Assembly: GCA_027923505.1 (NCBI GenBank)
Contig: BROI01000007.1
Coordinates: forward strand, 310,001 to 374,000
DNA length: 64,000 nt
From: Mayamaea pseudoterrestris
Lineage: Eukaryota
Reading direction: 5' to 3'
The notes under the pieces: model-generated
What the model was told of the DNA's origin: nothing
The model's database searches: none
Seen by the model: the letters and a program-made list of their open reading frames with translations, nothing else
Shown: piece after piece, positions 22,140 to 37,357 of the stretch
Numbering within the stretch: the stretch's first letter is position 1
How the letters are laid out: every line of letters starts with the position of its first letter
Program-made: the position numbers and the translations under genes

Positions 22140-24919
22140 CAAAACCCCCATGCCCCGGCCACCCAAAAACCCAATGAGTCAGGCAAAACATTCCAGGGTG
22201 TGCCATGGACAGGAGCCAAAGGTGCAAAAGGGAATGCCTAGGCCTACAGCATGGAATGGTCTGCAAGATGTGGGTGGGCCAACACCACAAATTATGGAAC
22301 CAGCCACTACAATGCCCCATGCCCCGGCCACACCAACAACCCAATGAGTCAGGCAAAAACATGTCCAGGGTGTGCCACAGACATGAGGGATGGGCTGACG
22401 TGGTGCAAAACGGACTGCCTGGAGGCCTACACCATCTGCAAAATGGGTGTGGGCCAACACCCCAAATTATGGAATCATAACACAATGCCCCATCCCCCGA
22501 TCACCCAACAACCCAACGAGTCATGCAAAACGTGTCCAGGGTGTGCCATTGACATGAGGATGGTCCGATGATACAAAACGGACTGCCTGGAGGCCTACAG
22601 CATGGAATGGTCCACAAGATGGGTGTGGCCAACACCCCAAATTATGGAATCATACCACTACAATGTCCCATGCCCTGGCCACCCAACAACCCAATGAGTC
22701 AGGCAAAAACATGTCCAGGGTGTGCCATTGACATGAGGATGGGCTGACATGGTGCAAAACGGACTGCCTGAGGCCTACACCATCGCAAAATGGGTGTGGC
22801 CAAAAAAACACCCCAAATTATGGAATCCTACCACACAATGCCCCTCGCCCCTGATCACCCAACAAACCCAATGAGTCATGCAAAACATGTCCAGGGTGTG
22901 CCATTGACAAGAGCATGGTCTGACACTGAACAAAACGGACTGCCTGGAGGCCTACAGATGGAATGGCCCACAAGATGGGTGCGGCCAACACCCCAAATTA
23001 TGGAATCATACCACACAATGGGACCCCATGCCCTGGCCACCCAACAACCCAACAGTCAGACAAAAACATGTCCAGGGTGTGCCATTGAGCAGAATGGGCT
23101 GAAATGGTGCAAAAGGACCGCCTGGAGGCCTACACCACTGAAAAGGGTGGCCAACACCCCAAATTATTGGAACACCACTACAATGCCCCGTCCCCGGATC
23201 ACCCAACAACCCAATGAGTCATGCAAAACAAGTCCAGGGTGTGCCATGACATGAGGATGGTCTGACATGATACAAACGAACTGCCTGGAGGCCTACAGAC
23301 AGGAATGGCTACAAGATGGGTGTGTGGCCAACACCCCAAATTATGGAATCATACTCACACAATGCCCCATGCCCTGGCCACCCAACAACCAAGTCAGGCA
23401 AAACAAGCCAGGGTGTGCCATGACAGGAGGATGGCTGAAATGGTGCAAAACAGACTGCCTGAGGCCTACACCATCTGCAAATGGGTGGGCCAACACCCCA
23501 AATTACGGAATCATACCACTACAATGCCCCGTGCCCTGATCACCCAACAACCCAATGAGTCATGCAAAAACATGTCCAGGGTGTGCCATGACACGAGGGA
23601 GATGGTCTGACATAGTACAAAAGGGACTGCCTGGAGGCCACAGCATGGAATGGTCTACAAGATGGGTGTGGCCAACACCCCCAAATTATGGAATCATACC
23701 ACTACAATGCCCCCATGCCTCTGGCCACCCAACAACCCAATGACTCAGGACAAAACATGTCCAGGGTGTGCCATGACATGAGGATAGGGATGCAAAACGG
23801 AAACGACGGGAGGCCACGCCAAAATGGGTGGCCAACACCCCAAATTATGGAATCATACCACTACAAATGCCCTCTCCCGATCACCCAACACCAATGAGTC
23901 ATGCAAAACATGTCCAGGGTGCCATTGGACATGAGCAGGAAGGGCTGACATGGTACAAAACGGACTGCCTGGAGGCCTACAGCATGGAATGGTCTACAAG
24001 AGGTGCGGGCCAACACCCCAAATTATGGAATCATACCACTACAATGCCCCATGCCCTGGCCACCCAACAACCCCAAGAGTCAGGCAAACACATGCCAGGG
24101 GTGTGCCAGAGGATGGGCCAAATGGGCAAAACGGACTGCCTGGAGGCTCACCATCTGCATGGGTGTGCAACACCCAAATTATGGAATCCTACCACACAAT
24201 GCCCCCATCCCCCGCTCACCCAACAACCCAATGAGTCGTGCAAAACATGTCCAGGGTGTGCCATCGACATGAGGATGGTCTGACAGTACAAAACGGACTG
24301 CTACAGCATGGAATGGTCTACAAGATGGGTGTGGCCACCGCAAATTATGGAATCATACCACTACAATGGCCCATGCCCTGGCCACCCAACAACCCAATGC
24401 ATCAGCAAACATGTCCAGGGTGTGCCATTGACATGAGGATGGGCTGATGGTGCAAAACGGACTGGGATTGGAGGCCTAAACCATCTGCAAAATGGGTGTG
24501 GCCAACACCCCAAATTATAATCATACCACACAATGCCCCGTCCCTGGCCACAACAACCCAATAAGTCAGGCAAAACATGTCCAGCGTGTGCCATTGCAAG
24601 GAGGATGGGCTAATGGTGCCAAACGGACGCCTGAGACCAACAAAATGGGTGTGGCTAACACCCCAAATTATGGAATCATACTACATAATACCCGCTCCTG
24701 ATCACCCAACAACTCCAATGAGTCAGGCAAAAACATGTCCAGGGTGTGCCATTGACATAAGGGGATGGGCTAAATGGTGCAAACGGACTGCCCGCTCATC
24801 TGCAAATGGGTGTGGCACCCCAAATTATGGAATTATACCACCAATGCCCTGTCCCTGCACCCAAACCCAATGAGTCAGCAACACATGTCCAGGGTGTGCC
24901 ATGACATGAGGATGGGCTG
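22140..24919. repeat. Satellite family 3, ~175-bp monomers alternating as an A/B dimer, about 16 monomers
   Basis: ccaatgagtca(g/t)gcaaaa...catgtccagggtgtgcca...gtggccaacaccccaaattatggaatc recurs at about 22171, 22341, 22513, 22691, 22868 and onward. Confidence 0.95.
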
Positions 24920-27900
24920 GTGTCTCAGGCATGGCAATGTATTTGGTGACACCCTACACCCAGCCCGCAGATGACGTGATATTCAAACGCCCCTACAGGA
25001 AGCCCTGTAGGTGCCCAAAATACACCCGAATGGTGCCACCATTATTATTGTGGCTGCGCTACAAGTTGGTTTGCTTGACTGGTGTCTCAGGGGACGGTAA
25101 TGATATTGGTGACAACTTGTCACCAGTCTCAGCCTGCAGATGCCGTGACATTAAACGCACCTACAGCAAGCCATGTATACACCCAAATGGCACCAGAATG
25201 GTGCCAACATCATTATTCAAGCTGCGCTACAAGATGGTTGGCTTGGCTGGTGTCTCAGGAGACGGCAATGATATTGGTGACAACTTGTCACCAGTCTCAG
25301 CCTGCAGATGCCGTGACATTCAAACGCCCCTACAGCAGGCATTTAATACTCCCAATGACATCAGAATGGTGCCAACATCACTTGGCTTCGCGGATGGTAT
25401 GCCTGGCTAGTGGCTCAGGGCAGTACGATATTGGTGACAACTTGTCACCAGTCTCAGCCCGCAGATGCCGTGACATTCAAACGCCTCTACAGCAAGCCCT
25501 GTAGGTGCCCAAAATACACCAGAATGGTGCCAACATCATTATCCAGGCTGCGCTACAAGATGGTATGCCTGGCTAGTGTCTCAGGAGACAGCAATGATAT
25601 TGGTGACAACTTGTCACCAGCTTCAGTTCAAGAGATCGTGATTATCCAAACGCCCTACAGCAGGCATCTTATACACCCAAATGGCACCAGAATGGTGCCA
25701 ACATCATTATTCACAGGCTGCGCTACAAGATAGTGCCTGCCAGTGTCTCAGGGGATCTAATGATATTGGTGACAACTTCATCACCAGTGTCAGCCTGCAG
25801 ATGTCGCGTGACATTCAAATGCCCCTACAGCAGGCCATGTATACACCCAAATGACACCAGAATGGTGCCAACATCATTATTCAGGCCGCGCAACAAGATG
25901 GTATGCCTGGCTAGTGTCTCAGGGGACGGCAATGATATTGGTGACAACTTGTCACCAGTCCTACTCCGCAGATGCCGTGACATTCAAACGCCCCTACAGC
26001 AGGCCATGTATACACCCAAATGACACCAGAATGGTGCCAACATCATTACTCAGGCTGCACAACAAGATGGTATGCCTGGCTAGTGTCTCAGGGGACGGCA
26101 ATGATATTGGTGACAACTTGTCACCAGTCTCAGTCTGCAGATGCTGTGACATTCAAACGCCCCTACAGCAGGCCATGTATACACCCAAATGACACCAGAA
26201 TGGTGCCAACAAAGATGGTATGCCTGGCTAGTGTCTCAGGGGACGGTAATGATATTGGTGACAACTTGTCACCAGTCTCAGCCTGCAGATGCTGTGACAT
26301 TCGAATCTCTACAGCAGGCCCTGTAGGTGCCCAAAAACACCAGAATATTGCCAACATCATTATTCTGCGCTTACAAGATGGTATTCCTGGCTAGTGTCTC
26401 AGGGGACGGATGATATTGGTGACAACTTGTCACCAGTCTCAGTCTGCAGATGATGCTGTGACATTCAAACGCCCTGGCCACATGTATACACCCAATGACA
26501 CCAGAATGGTGCCAACATATTACTTCAGGCTGAACAACAAGTATGGGTATGCCTGGAGAAGTCTACGAGATATGACAACTTGTCACCAGTCCCAGCCTGC
26601 AGATGCTGTGACATTCAAACACTTACAGCAGGCCATGTATACACCCAAATGACACCAGAATGGTGCCAACATCATTATTCAGGCTGCGCTACAAGATGGT
26701 ATGCCTGGCTAGTGTCTCAGGCAATGGCAATGATATTGGTGACAACTTGTCACCAGTCTCAGCCTGCAGATGCCATGACATTCAAACACCCCTACAGCAG
26801 GCCATGTATACAACCAAATGATACCAGAATTGTGTCAACATCATTATCCAGGCTGCGCTACAAGTTGGTATGCCTGGCTAGTGTATTAGGAGACAGCAAT
26901 GATATTGGTGACAACTTGTCACCAGTCTCAGCCCGCAGATGCCGTGACATTCAAACGCCCCCTACAGCAGGCATCTTATACGACCCAAATGACACCCAGA
27001 ATGGTGCCAAACATCATTATCCAGGCTGCGCTACAAGATGGTATGCCTATTAGTGTCTCAGGGACGGCAATGTATTGGTGACAACTTCTCACCAGTGTCA
27101 GCCTGCAGATGCCGTGACATTCAAATGCCTCTACAGCAGGCCATGTATACACCCAAATGACACCAGAATGGTGCCAACATCATTATTCAGGCTGCGCAAC
27201 AAGATGGTATGCCTGGCTAGTGTCTCAGGGGACGGCAATGATATTGGTGACAACTTGTCACCAGTCTCAGCCTGCAGATGCCGTGACATTCAAACGCCCC
27301 GGCATTCAAACGCCCCTACAGCAGGCCATGTGTATACCCAAATGTCACCAAAAAATTGCCAACATCATTATTCAAGCTGCGCTACAAGATGGTATGCCTG
27401 GCTAGTGTCTCAGGGGACAGCATTGAGATAAGTGACAACTTGTCACCAGTCTCAGCCCGCAGATGCCGTGTGTGACAAACGCCCCTACAAGCCTGTAGGT
27501 GCAAAACACCAGAATGGTGCTTACATCATTATTCAGGCTGCGCTACAAGATGGTATACCTGGCTAGTGTCTCAGGGGATGGCAATGATATTGGTGACAAC
27601 TTGTCACCAGTCTCAGCCTGCAGATGCCATGACATTCCAATGCCCCTACAGCAGGCCATGTATACACCCAAATGACACCAGAATTGTGCCAACATCATTA
27701 TTCAGGCTGCCCTACAAGATGGTAAGCCTGGCTAGTGTCTCAGGGGACAGCAATGATACTGGTGACAACTTGTCAACAGTCTCAGCCCGCAGATGCCGTG
27801 ACATTCAAACGCCCCTACAGCAAGCCCTGTAGGTGCCCAAAATACACCAGAATGGTGCCAACATCATTATTCAGGCTGCGCTACAAGATGGTATGCCTGG

Positions 27901-30900
27901 CTAGTGTCTCAGGGAGTAATGAACAACTTGTCACCAGTCTCAGCCTGCAGATGCCGTGATATCTAAATGCCCCTATGAAAGAGGCCATGTATAAAGAACC
28001 CAAATGGCACCAGAATGGTGCCAACATCATTATTCAAGCTGCGCTACAAGATGGTATGCTGGCTAGTGTCTCAGATGGTAATGATATTGGTGACAACTCT
28101 GTCACCAGTCTCAGCCTGCAGATGCCATAACATTCAAACGCCCCTACAGCAGGCCATGTATACACTCCAATGACACCAGAATGGTGCCAACATCATTTTC
28201 AGGCTGCGCAACAAGATGGCATGCCCGGCTAGTGTCTCAGGACGGCACGATATTGGTGACAACTTGTCACCAGCGTCTCAGCCTGCGATGCGGTGACATT
28301 CAAACGCCCCTTACAGCAGGCCAAGGATACACCCAAATGGCACCAGAATGGTGCCAACATCATTATTCAGGCTGCGCAACAAGATGGTATGCCTGGCTAG
28401 TGTCTCAGGGGACGGCAATGATATTGGTGACAACATGTCACCAGTCTCAGCCTGCAGATGCAGTGACATTCATACGCCCCTACAGCAGGCCCTGTAGGTG
28501 CCCAAAGTACACCAGAAAATTGTCAACATCATTATTCAGGCTGCGCTACAAGATGGTATGCCTGGCTAGTGTCTCAGGGGACATGCAGTTTCATTGTATT
28601 GCCTGGCTAGTGTCTCAGGGACAGTAATGATATTGGTGACAACTTGTCACCAGTCTCACCTGCAGAGAACATTCAAATACCCTACAGCAAGCCATGCATA
28701 CCCAAATGACACCCAGAATGAATTAACATCATAATGGGCTGCTACAAGATGGTATGCCTGGTTGTATATCAAGAGTTGAAGTGATATTGGTGTAGCATCA
28801 CCAGTCTGTATGCCAGATGCCGTGACATTCAAACATTGACAGTACCCAAATGACACCAGAATGGTGCCAACATCATTATTCAGGCTGCGCAACAGGATGA
28901 GTAAACCTGGCTAGTGTCTCAGGGGATGGCAATGATATTAGTGACAACTTGTCACCAGTCTAACGCATCATGACAGCCATTAACACCCAAATGTCGCAGA
29001 ATATTGCCAATATCATTGTTCCTGCTTTTAACAAGATGGTATGCCTGGCTAGTGTCTCAGGGGAACAATGTTTAGTGACAACTTGTCACCATCTCTACAA
29101 TCCGTGACACACCAGCCATGTATACACCCAAATGACACCGATCTGCCAACATCTTCTTCTATGCCAAAATGGTATGCCTGGCTAGTGTCTCAGGACAGCA
29201 ATGATATTGGTGACAAACTTATCACCAGTCTCGGCCTGCAGATGCCGTGACATTCAAGCCCTCAGGCCATGTGGTGCCACAAAATACACCAGATGGTGCC
29301 TAACATCATTATTCAGCTGCACTTGTATGCTGGCTTAAAACTTCTCAGGGGATGGCTGAAAAATTCCCTACCATCTCAATGACATTCTACCCCTACAGCA
29401 GCCATGTATACACCAAGACAATGTCCATATTTACACAATGGTATGCCTGGCTAGTGTCTCAGGACGACAATGATGTGGTGACACTTCAGTCTCCAGCCTG
29501 CAGATCCTGACACAACCCTACACAACCATGTATACACAAATAACTACATGGTACCAACTCATTATTCAGCTGCGCTACAAATGTTTCCTGGCGGCTGTGT
29601 CTCAGGGGACACAAATTTGACAACTTGTGTGGCCTACGCGTGACATTCAAACCCCTACAGCAGCCAATGTAACACCAAAATACACCAATTTTCAACATCA
29701 TTATTCTTGCTACAATGATATCCTAGTGTCTCGAGAGGAGACGGCAATGATATTGGTGACAACTTCACCAGTCTCACTGCAGATCGTGACATGACCCGAC
29801 AGCCATGTATACACCAAATGACACAGAATGTCCATGATCTCGAATGCGCAACAATGGTATACCCGGCTGGGTGTCTCAGGGGGCCGGCAATGATATTGGT
29901 GACAACTTTGCCCCTGGTGACCTTTCAAACGCCCAATTGTGGGTACACCAAAATACACCAGAATGGTCCACCTGCATCTTCAGACTGCACAAATGAGTAT
30001 GCCTGGAAACTGTGTCTTTCGGGGATGGCAATGATATTGTGACAGCAATTGATCTGACCACGCAGATCCGTGACATTCCCTTCACAGCAACCCTGTAGGT
30101 GCCCAAAATCACCAGATTGCCAACATCATTATTCAGCTGCGTACGATGATATGCCTGGCTAGTGTCTCAGGCGGCAGTAATATTGGTGACAACTTGTCAC
30201 CAGTCTCCAGCCCGCAGATCCATGACATTCAAGCCCCCGCCCACCGGTACCCAAAATACACCAGAATGGTGCCAACATCATTATTCAGGCTGCGCTACAA
30301 GATGGTAAGCCTGGCTGGTGTCTCGTGTGTGGTGACAACTTGTCATCAGTCTCCAGCCCGCAGATAGACATTCAAATGCCCCTACAGCGGGCCATGTATA
30401 CACCCAAATGACACCAGAATGGTGCCAACATCTTATGCAGTTGCGCTACAAGATGGTCATGCCTGGCTAGTGTCTCAGGGGCCCAGCAATAATATTGGTG
30501 ACAACTTGTCACCAGTCTCACCCGCAGATGCCGTGACGACATTCCGCCCCTACAGCAGGCCATGTATACACTAAATGACACCAGAATGGTGCCAACATCA
30601 TCATTCAAGCTGCCCTACAAGAGGTATGCCTGGCAGCTAGTGTCTCGAGGGAACGGCAATGATATTGGTGACAACTTGTCACCAGTCTCACCTGCAGATC
30701 CGTGACATTCAAACGCCGTAAGCCCTGTGTCTACGCAGAATCGTTGCCAACATCATTATTCAGGCTGCGCTACAATGGTATGCTGGCTGGTGTCTCGGGG
30801 ACAGTAATGATATTGGTGACAACTTGTCTGTCTCAGCCTGCAGATCCCGTGACATTCAAATGCTCCTACAGCAGGCCATGTATACACCCAAATGAAGCGC

Positions 30901-33900
30901 AGAATGGTACCAACATCATTATTCGAGCTGCGCTACAAGATGTTATGCCTGGCCCTAGTGTCTCAGGTGCGATATGGTGACAACTTGTCAACAGTCTCAC
31001 CATGCCGTGACATTCAACGCCCCCTACAGCAGGCCATGTATACACCCAAATGACACCAGAATGGTGCCAACATCATTATTCAGGCTGCGCAACAAGATGG
31101 TAAACCTGGCTAGTGTCTCAGGGGATGGCAATGATATTGGTGACAACATCTGATCCCCTCTTGATCGCGATATTCAAATGTTTCTGGCAGGCAGTGCTTA
31201 ACACCCAAATGTTCCCAGAATATTGCCAATATCATTATTCAAGCTGCCTACAAGATAGCGCACCCTGGCTAGTGCCAGGGGAGTCAATGATATTGGTGGA
31301 CCAAACTTGTCACCAGTCTCAGCTGAGATAAATGACATTCAAACGACAGCAGGCCAGGTGGAGACACCCAAATGACACCAGAATGGTGCCAACGATCATT
31401 ATACAAATTGGGCTACAAGATGGTGGCGCCTAGCTATTATCTCAGGGGACAGCAATGATATCGGTGACAACTTGTCACCAGTCTCAGCTCCGGATGCCGT
31501 GACATCCAACGCCCCGACAGGCCACAGAGTGCAAATGACACCAGAATGGTGCCAACATCATTATTCAGGCTGCGCTACAAGATACTATGCCTGGCTAGTG
31601 TCTCAGGGGATGGCAGATATTGGTGACAACTTGTTGGTCAGGCTCCGCAGCCTGCAGATGCCGCGGACATTCAAACGCCCCCCCCAGCAGGCCAGCGTAT
31701 ACACTCCAAATGACACCAGAATGGTGCCAACATCATTATTGAAATTGCGCTACAAGATGGTATGCCTGGGCTAGTGTCTCAGGGGACGGTAATGATATTG
31801 GTGACAACTTGTCACCAGTCTTCAGCCTGCAGATGCCGCGGACATTCAAACGCCCTACAGCAGGCCATGTATACACCAAATGACACCAGAATGGTGCCAA
31901 CATCATTATTCAGGCTGCGTAACAAGATGGTATGCCTGATAAGTGTCTCAGGGATGGCAATGATATTGGTACGAACTTGGTCACTCAGTCTCAGCCTGGG
32001 TAGATGCTATGACATTCAAACGCTCCCAAAGCAGGCCCTAGGAAGCTCAAATACACTAGAAATGGTGCCAACATCTATTCAGGCCAGCCACAAGATGGTA
32101 TATCTGGCTAGTGTCTCAGGGGACAGCAATGATATTGGTGACAACTTGTCACCAGTCTCAGCCTGCAGATGCCGTGTGTGATACTGAAACGCTTTGCAGC
32201 AGGCCAGGTATATACCCAATGTCACCAGAATATTGCCAATATCATTATCGCTGCCCCACAAGATGGTATATGTCTGGCTATATCTCTTAGGGGGGACAAG
32301 AATGATATTGGTGATAACTTGTCACCAGTTTCAGCCTGCAGATGCCGTGATTCAAACGCCCTACAGCAAGCCCCAGGTGCTCAAAGGTCTCAGAATGGCG
32401 CCAACATCATTATTCAGGCTGCGCACAAGATGGTATATCTGGCAGTGTCTCAGGGGACTGTAATGATATTGGTGACAACTTGTCACTAGTCTCAGCCTGC
32501 AGATGTCGTGGATATTTAAACGCCCCTACAGCAGGCCATGTATGACTAAATGACACCAGAATGGTTAATATCATTAGTCAGGCTGAGCTACAAGATGGTA
32601 TGCCTAGCTATTGTCCTAGATGGTTATTGCGGAGCAACTCGGGTTTGCCAATCTCAGCCCGTAGATGCCATGATATCTAAACGCCTCCACAGCAGGCCAT
32701 GTATACACCCAAAATTGAATGGTGCCAAGACTATTTATTGAAATTGCGCTACAAGAATGCCTGGATATTGTCTCAGATGGCAATGATATTTGCACAACTT
32801 GTCACAAATTATGCAAACTTTTCAAACCGCTTCACTGGGATAGCAGGCCATATACACCTAAATGACACCAGAATGGTGCCCATTAAGGTACAAACTGCGC
32901 CACAAGATGGTATGCTCAGCTATTGTCTCAGGAGATTGGTAACAACTTGTCACCAGTCTCTACTAAGATGCTGTGGATATTCAAACTTAGAACAGGCCAG
33001 ACTCAAATGACACCAGAATGGTGCCAACATCATTATTCAGGCTGCGCAACAAGACATGGTATGCCTGGCTAGTGTCTCAGGGGATGGTTAATGATATTGG
33101 TGACAACTCTCTGTCATCAGTCCTGTTTCGCAGATGCCGTGATATCTGGAAACTTCCGGTGAGCAGGCCGGCAGAGACACTCAAAATGACACTCAGAATG
33201 GTGCCAACAATAATATTGAAATTGCGCCACAAGATGGTATGCCTGGCTAGTGAACTCAATCTAATGATATTGGTGACAACTTGTCACCAGTCCCAGCCTG
33301 CAGACGTCGCGACATTCAAACGCCTCACAGCAGGCACAAGGAGAAGACCTAAATGATTAATCTAGAATGGTGCCACATCATTATTCAAAGGTTAACAAGA
33401 TGAAAGTCAACTAGTGTCTCAGGGACGGTAATGATATTGGTGACAAACTTGGTCACCAGTCCTAGCCTGCAGATTATTCAAACATCATTATTCAGGCCAG
33501 TCCCACAAGATGGTATGGTCTGGCTAGTGGCCTCAGGGGACGGTAATGATATTGCGGGACAACTTGTCATCAGTCCTCTATGCCGTGACATTCAAACGCC
33601 CTCACAGCAGGTCATGCATACACCAAATGACAATTCAGAATGGTTAAAGGATCATTATTCAAATTCATGCTTACAAGATGGTGCATGCCATTATTGTCTC
33701 AGGGGACAGACGACAGCTGGTGACAACTCTGTCAACAGTCCTCAGCCTGCAGATGCCGACATTCAAACGCTCCTCACAGCAGGCCACATGCATGGAAAAC
33801 TAAATAACACCACAGAATGGGAAAGAACATCATTAGTCAGGCTGAGCTACAAGATGGTATGCCTGGTTAGTGTCTTGTGGAGTGGTAGCTGGATATTGGT

Positions 33901-36900
33901 GGATAATGGTCATCTAATCTCAGCCCGGCAGATGCCGTGACATTCAAACGCCCCTACCGTATACAGCAGGCCAAGGGGAGCACAAATGACACCAGAATGG
34001 TGCCATGATCATTATACAAAGCCACAAGATGGTATGCCTAGCTGTTGTCTCAGGGGACAGCAATGATATTGGTAACAACTTGTCACTCAGTCTCAGCTCG
34101 CGGATGTCGTGACATTCAAACGCCTTGCAGGGGCCATAGAGTACCCAAATGACACCAGAATGGTGCCAACATCATTATCCAGGCTGCGCAACAAGATGGT
34201 ATGCCTGGCTAGTGTCTCAGGGGATGGTAGATATTGGACAACTTGTCACCAGTCCCAGCCTGCAGATGCCGATATCCAAACGCCTCGCAGCAAATCGCGT
34301 ATGGCCACCCAAAACCAGAATGGTGCCAACATCATTATGGAAATTGCGCTACAAAATGGTATGCCCTGGCTAGTGTCCTCAGGGGATCGCAGATATTGGT
34401 GACAACTCTTGTCACCAGCGTCCTCAGCCCGCAGATGCCGTGATATCTGAAACGCAGGGTCTTGCCAGCAGGCCATGGAGCACCCAAATGACACCAGAAT
34501 GGTGCCAACATCATCATTTAGCCGCAATAAGATGGTATGTCTATCCTGTGGGACTGGCAATGATATTGGTGACAACTTGTCACCAGTCTCAGCCTGCAGA
34601 TGCCGTGACATCCAAACGCTCTCACAGCAGGCCCTGTAGGTGCCCAAAATACAACTGTGAATGGTGCCAACATCATTATTCCAGCTGCAAACAAGATGGT
34701 ATGCCTGGCTAGTGTCTCTAATGGGGTAAATGATATACGACAATTTATTACACCAATCTCAGCCCGCAGATGCCATGATCTCAAACGCCTACAGCAAGCC
34801 CTGTAGAGGCCTAAAAAACTAGAAATAAGCTAAGACTACTTTTCAGGCTATGCTACAAGATGGCATGCCTGGTTAGTGCCCTAGGGGAGGAGATATTGGC
34901 AACATCAGGTTCCAGCTCTGGTGGCAGATGCCGTGACATTCAAATGCCCCTACAGCAGGCCATGTATACACCCAAATGACACCAGAATGGTGCCAACATC
35001 ATTATTCAAATTGCGCTACAAGATGGTATGCCTGGCTAGTGTCTCAGGGGATGGCAATGATATTGGTGACAACTTGTCACCAGTCTCAGCCTGCAGATGT
35101 CGCGGACATTTAAACGCCCCTGCCAGCAGGCCAGGTATATACCCAAATGTCACTCAGAATGGTGCCAATATCATTATTCAAGCTGCCCGACAAGATGGTA
35201 TGCCTGGCTAGTGTCTCAGGGGACAGTACGATATTATGACAATCTGTCACTCAGTCTCAGCCTGCAGATGCTGTGATATTCAACCGCCCCACAGCAAGCC
35301 CTGTAGGTGCCCAAAATAAACCAGAATGGTGTCAACATCATTATTCAGACTGAGCTACAAGATGGTATGCCATTAGTGTCTCAGGGGAAATGATATTGGT
35401 GACAACTTGTCACCAGTCTCAGCCTGCAGATGCCGTGGACATTCAATGCCCCTACAGCAGGCCATGTATACACCTAAATGACACCAGAATGGTGCCAACA
35501 TCATTATTCAGGCTGCGAAGATGGTATGCCTGGCTAGTGTCTCAGGGATGGAGATATTGGTGACAACTTGTCACCAGTCTCGCCCGCAGGATGCCATGAC
35601 ATTCAAATGCCCCTTACAGCAGGCCCCCAAATGACACCTGCAGAATGGTGCCAACATATTCAGGCTGCGCAACAAGATGGTACTGCCTGGCTAGTGTCTC
35701 AGGGACTAGACGATATTATGACAACTTGTCACTAGTCTCAGCCTGCAGATGCCGCGGACATTCAAACACCCCTACAGCAGGCCATATACACCCAAATGAC
35801 ATCAGAATGGTGCCAACATCATTATTCAGGCTGCGCAACAAGATGGTATGCCTGGCTAGTGTCTCAGGGGACAGCAATGATATTGGTGACAACTTTTCAC
35901 CAGTCTCAGCCAGCAGATGCCGTAAACATTCAAACGCCCTTACAGCAGGCCATGTATACACCCAAATGTCACCAGAATATTGCCAATATCGCTGCCCTAC
36001 AAGATGGTATGCCCTGGCTAGTCTCAGGGACGGTAATGATATTGGTGACAACTTGCTCCCACTGCTGTGCGCTCAGGGGACATTCAAACGCCCTACAGCA
36101 GGCCATGCGGAGATAGTTAATGACACTAGAATGGGTTTAAAGATTTGATTTATCAGCAGCCAAAAAAAGGCCTGTATTGTCTGAGATGGTAACATGTTAA
36201 TACTTGTCACTCAGTCTCTAGCCTGGGTAGATGCTGTGGAGATTCAAACACACCTACAGTAGGCTAATACAACCAAATGATACCAAAATGGTGCCAACAT
36301 CATTATTCAGGCTGACAAGATGGTAGCGCTGGCTAGTCTCAGGGGACGGTAATGATATTGGTGACTTGTCACCAGTCTCCAGCCTGCAGATGCTTGACAT
36401 CCAAACGCCCTTACAGCAGGCCATGATAATTCAAATGACACCAGAATGGTGCCAATATCATGGCCCAGGCTGCGCCACAAGATGGTATGTTCATTAGTGT
36501 CTCAGGGGATTACATGATATTAAGGGGATGAACTGCCAACCTGTCATTGGCTCAGCCTAGATGTGAGCACAAACGCCCTACAGCAGGCCATGTATACAAC
36601 CAAATAACACCAGAATGGTGCCAACATCATTATCCAGGCTGAGCGGTAAGATGGGTATGCCTGGCTAGTGTCTCAGGGGACGGCAATGATTTGGTGGACA
36701 ACCTGTCACCAGTCTCAACCTGCAGATGCCGTACATTCAAACAACCCTACAGCAGGCCATGTATAAAAGACCCAAATGAATTGTATCGGTGCCAACATCA
36801 TTATTCAAATTGCGCTACAAGATGGTATGCCTACAGGCTCTCAGGGGACGGGCATGATATTGGTACAACTTATTAAGAACTGGTCACACCAGCCTCAGCC

Positions 36901-37270
36901 TGCAGATGCCGTGGATATTCAAACACCCCTACAGCAGGCCATGAGTATGAATCAGCCAAACCTTAGAATAAAAGCTAAGACTATTATTCAGGCTGAGCTA
37001 CAAGATGGTATGCCTGGCTAGTGTCTCAGGGGAGGCAATGATATTGGTGACAACCTGTCACCAGTCTCAGCCTGCAGATGCCGTGACATTCAAACGCCCC
37101 CAGCAGGCCATGTACACCAAATGAAACCAGAATGGTGTCACGATCATTATTCAAATTTGCGCTAAGATGGTGGCGTCTGGCTAGTACAGCATTATAAATG
37201 ATGTTATGACAAACTTGGTCACTAGTCCTAGCCTGTAGCACGTGACATTCAAACGCCCTACAGCAGGCCA
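24915..37270 (+). repeat. Satellite family 2, subfamily B, about 70-75 copies, noisy
   Basis: Same palindrome and period, with diagnostic variants aatgatattggtgac, ggccatgtatacacccaaatgacacc and ggctagtgtctc. Many indels. Confidence 0.96.
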
Positions 37271-37357
37271 TAATATCTGGTACGGATCGAACGGCAACCA
37301 TATTATTATAGACCAGTGCGTGTAAAATAAAACCGACGATAACCAACACTAATTCGT

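Noticed and set aside
24915..37270. Numerous 60-170 aa ORFs in the 169-bp and ~175-bp arrays (also at 7-13, 22-25 and 54-62 kb)
   Set aside because: They are by-products of tandem repetition, cycling through frames with no coding signature.
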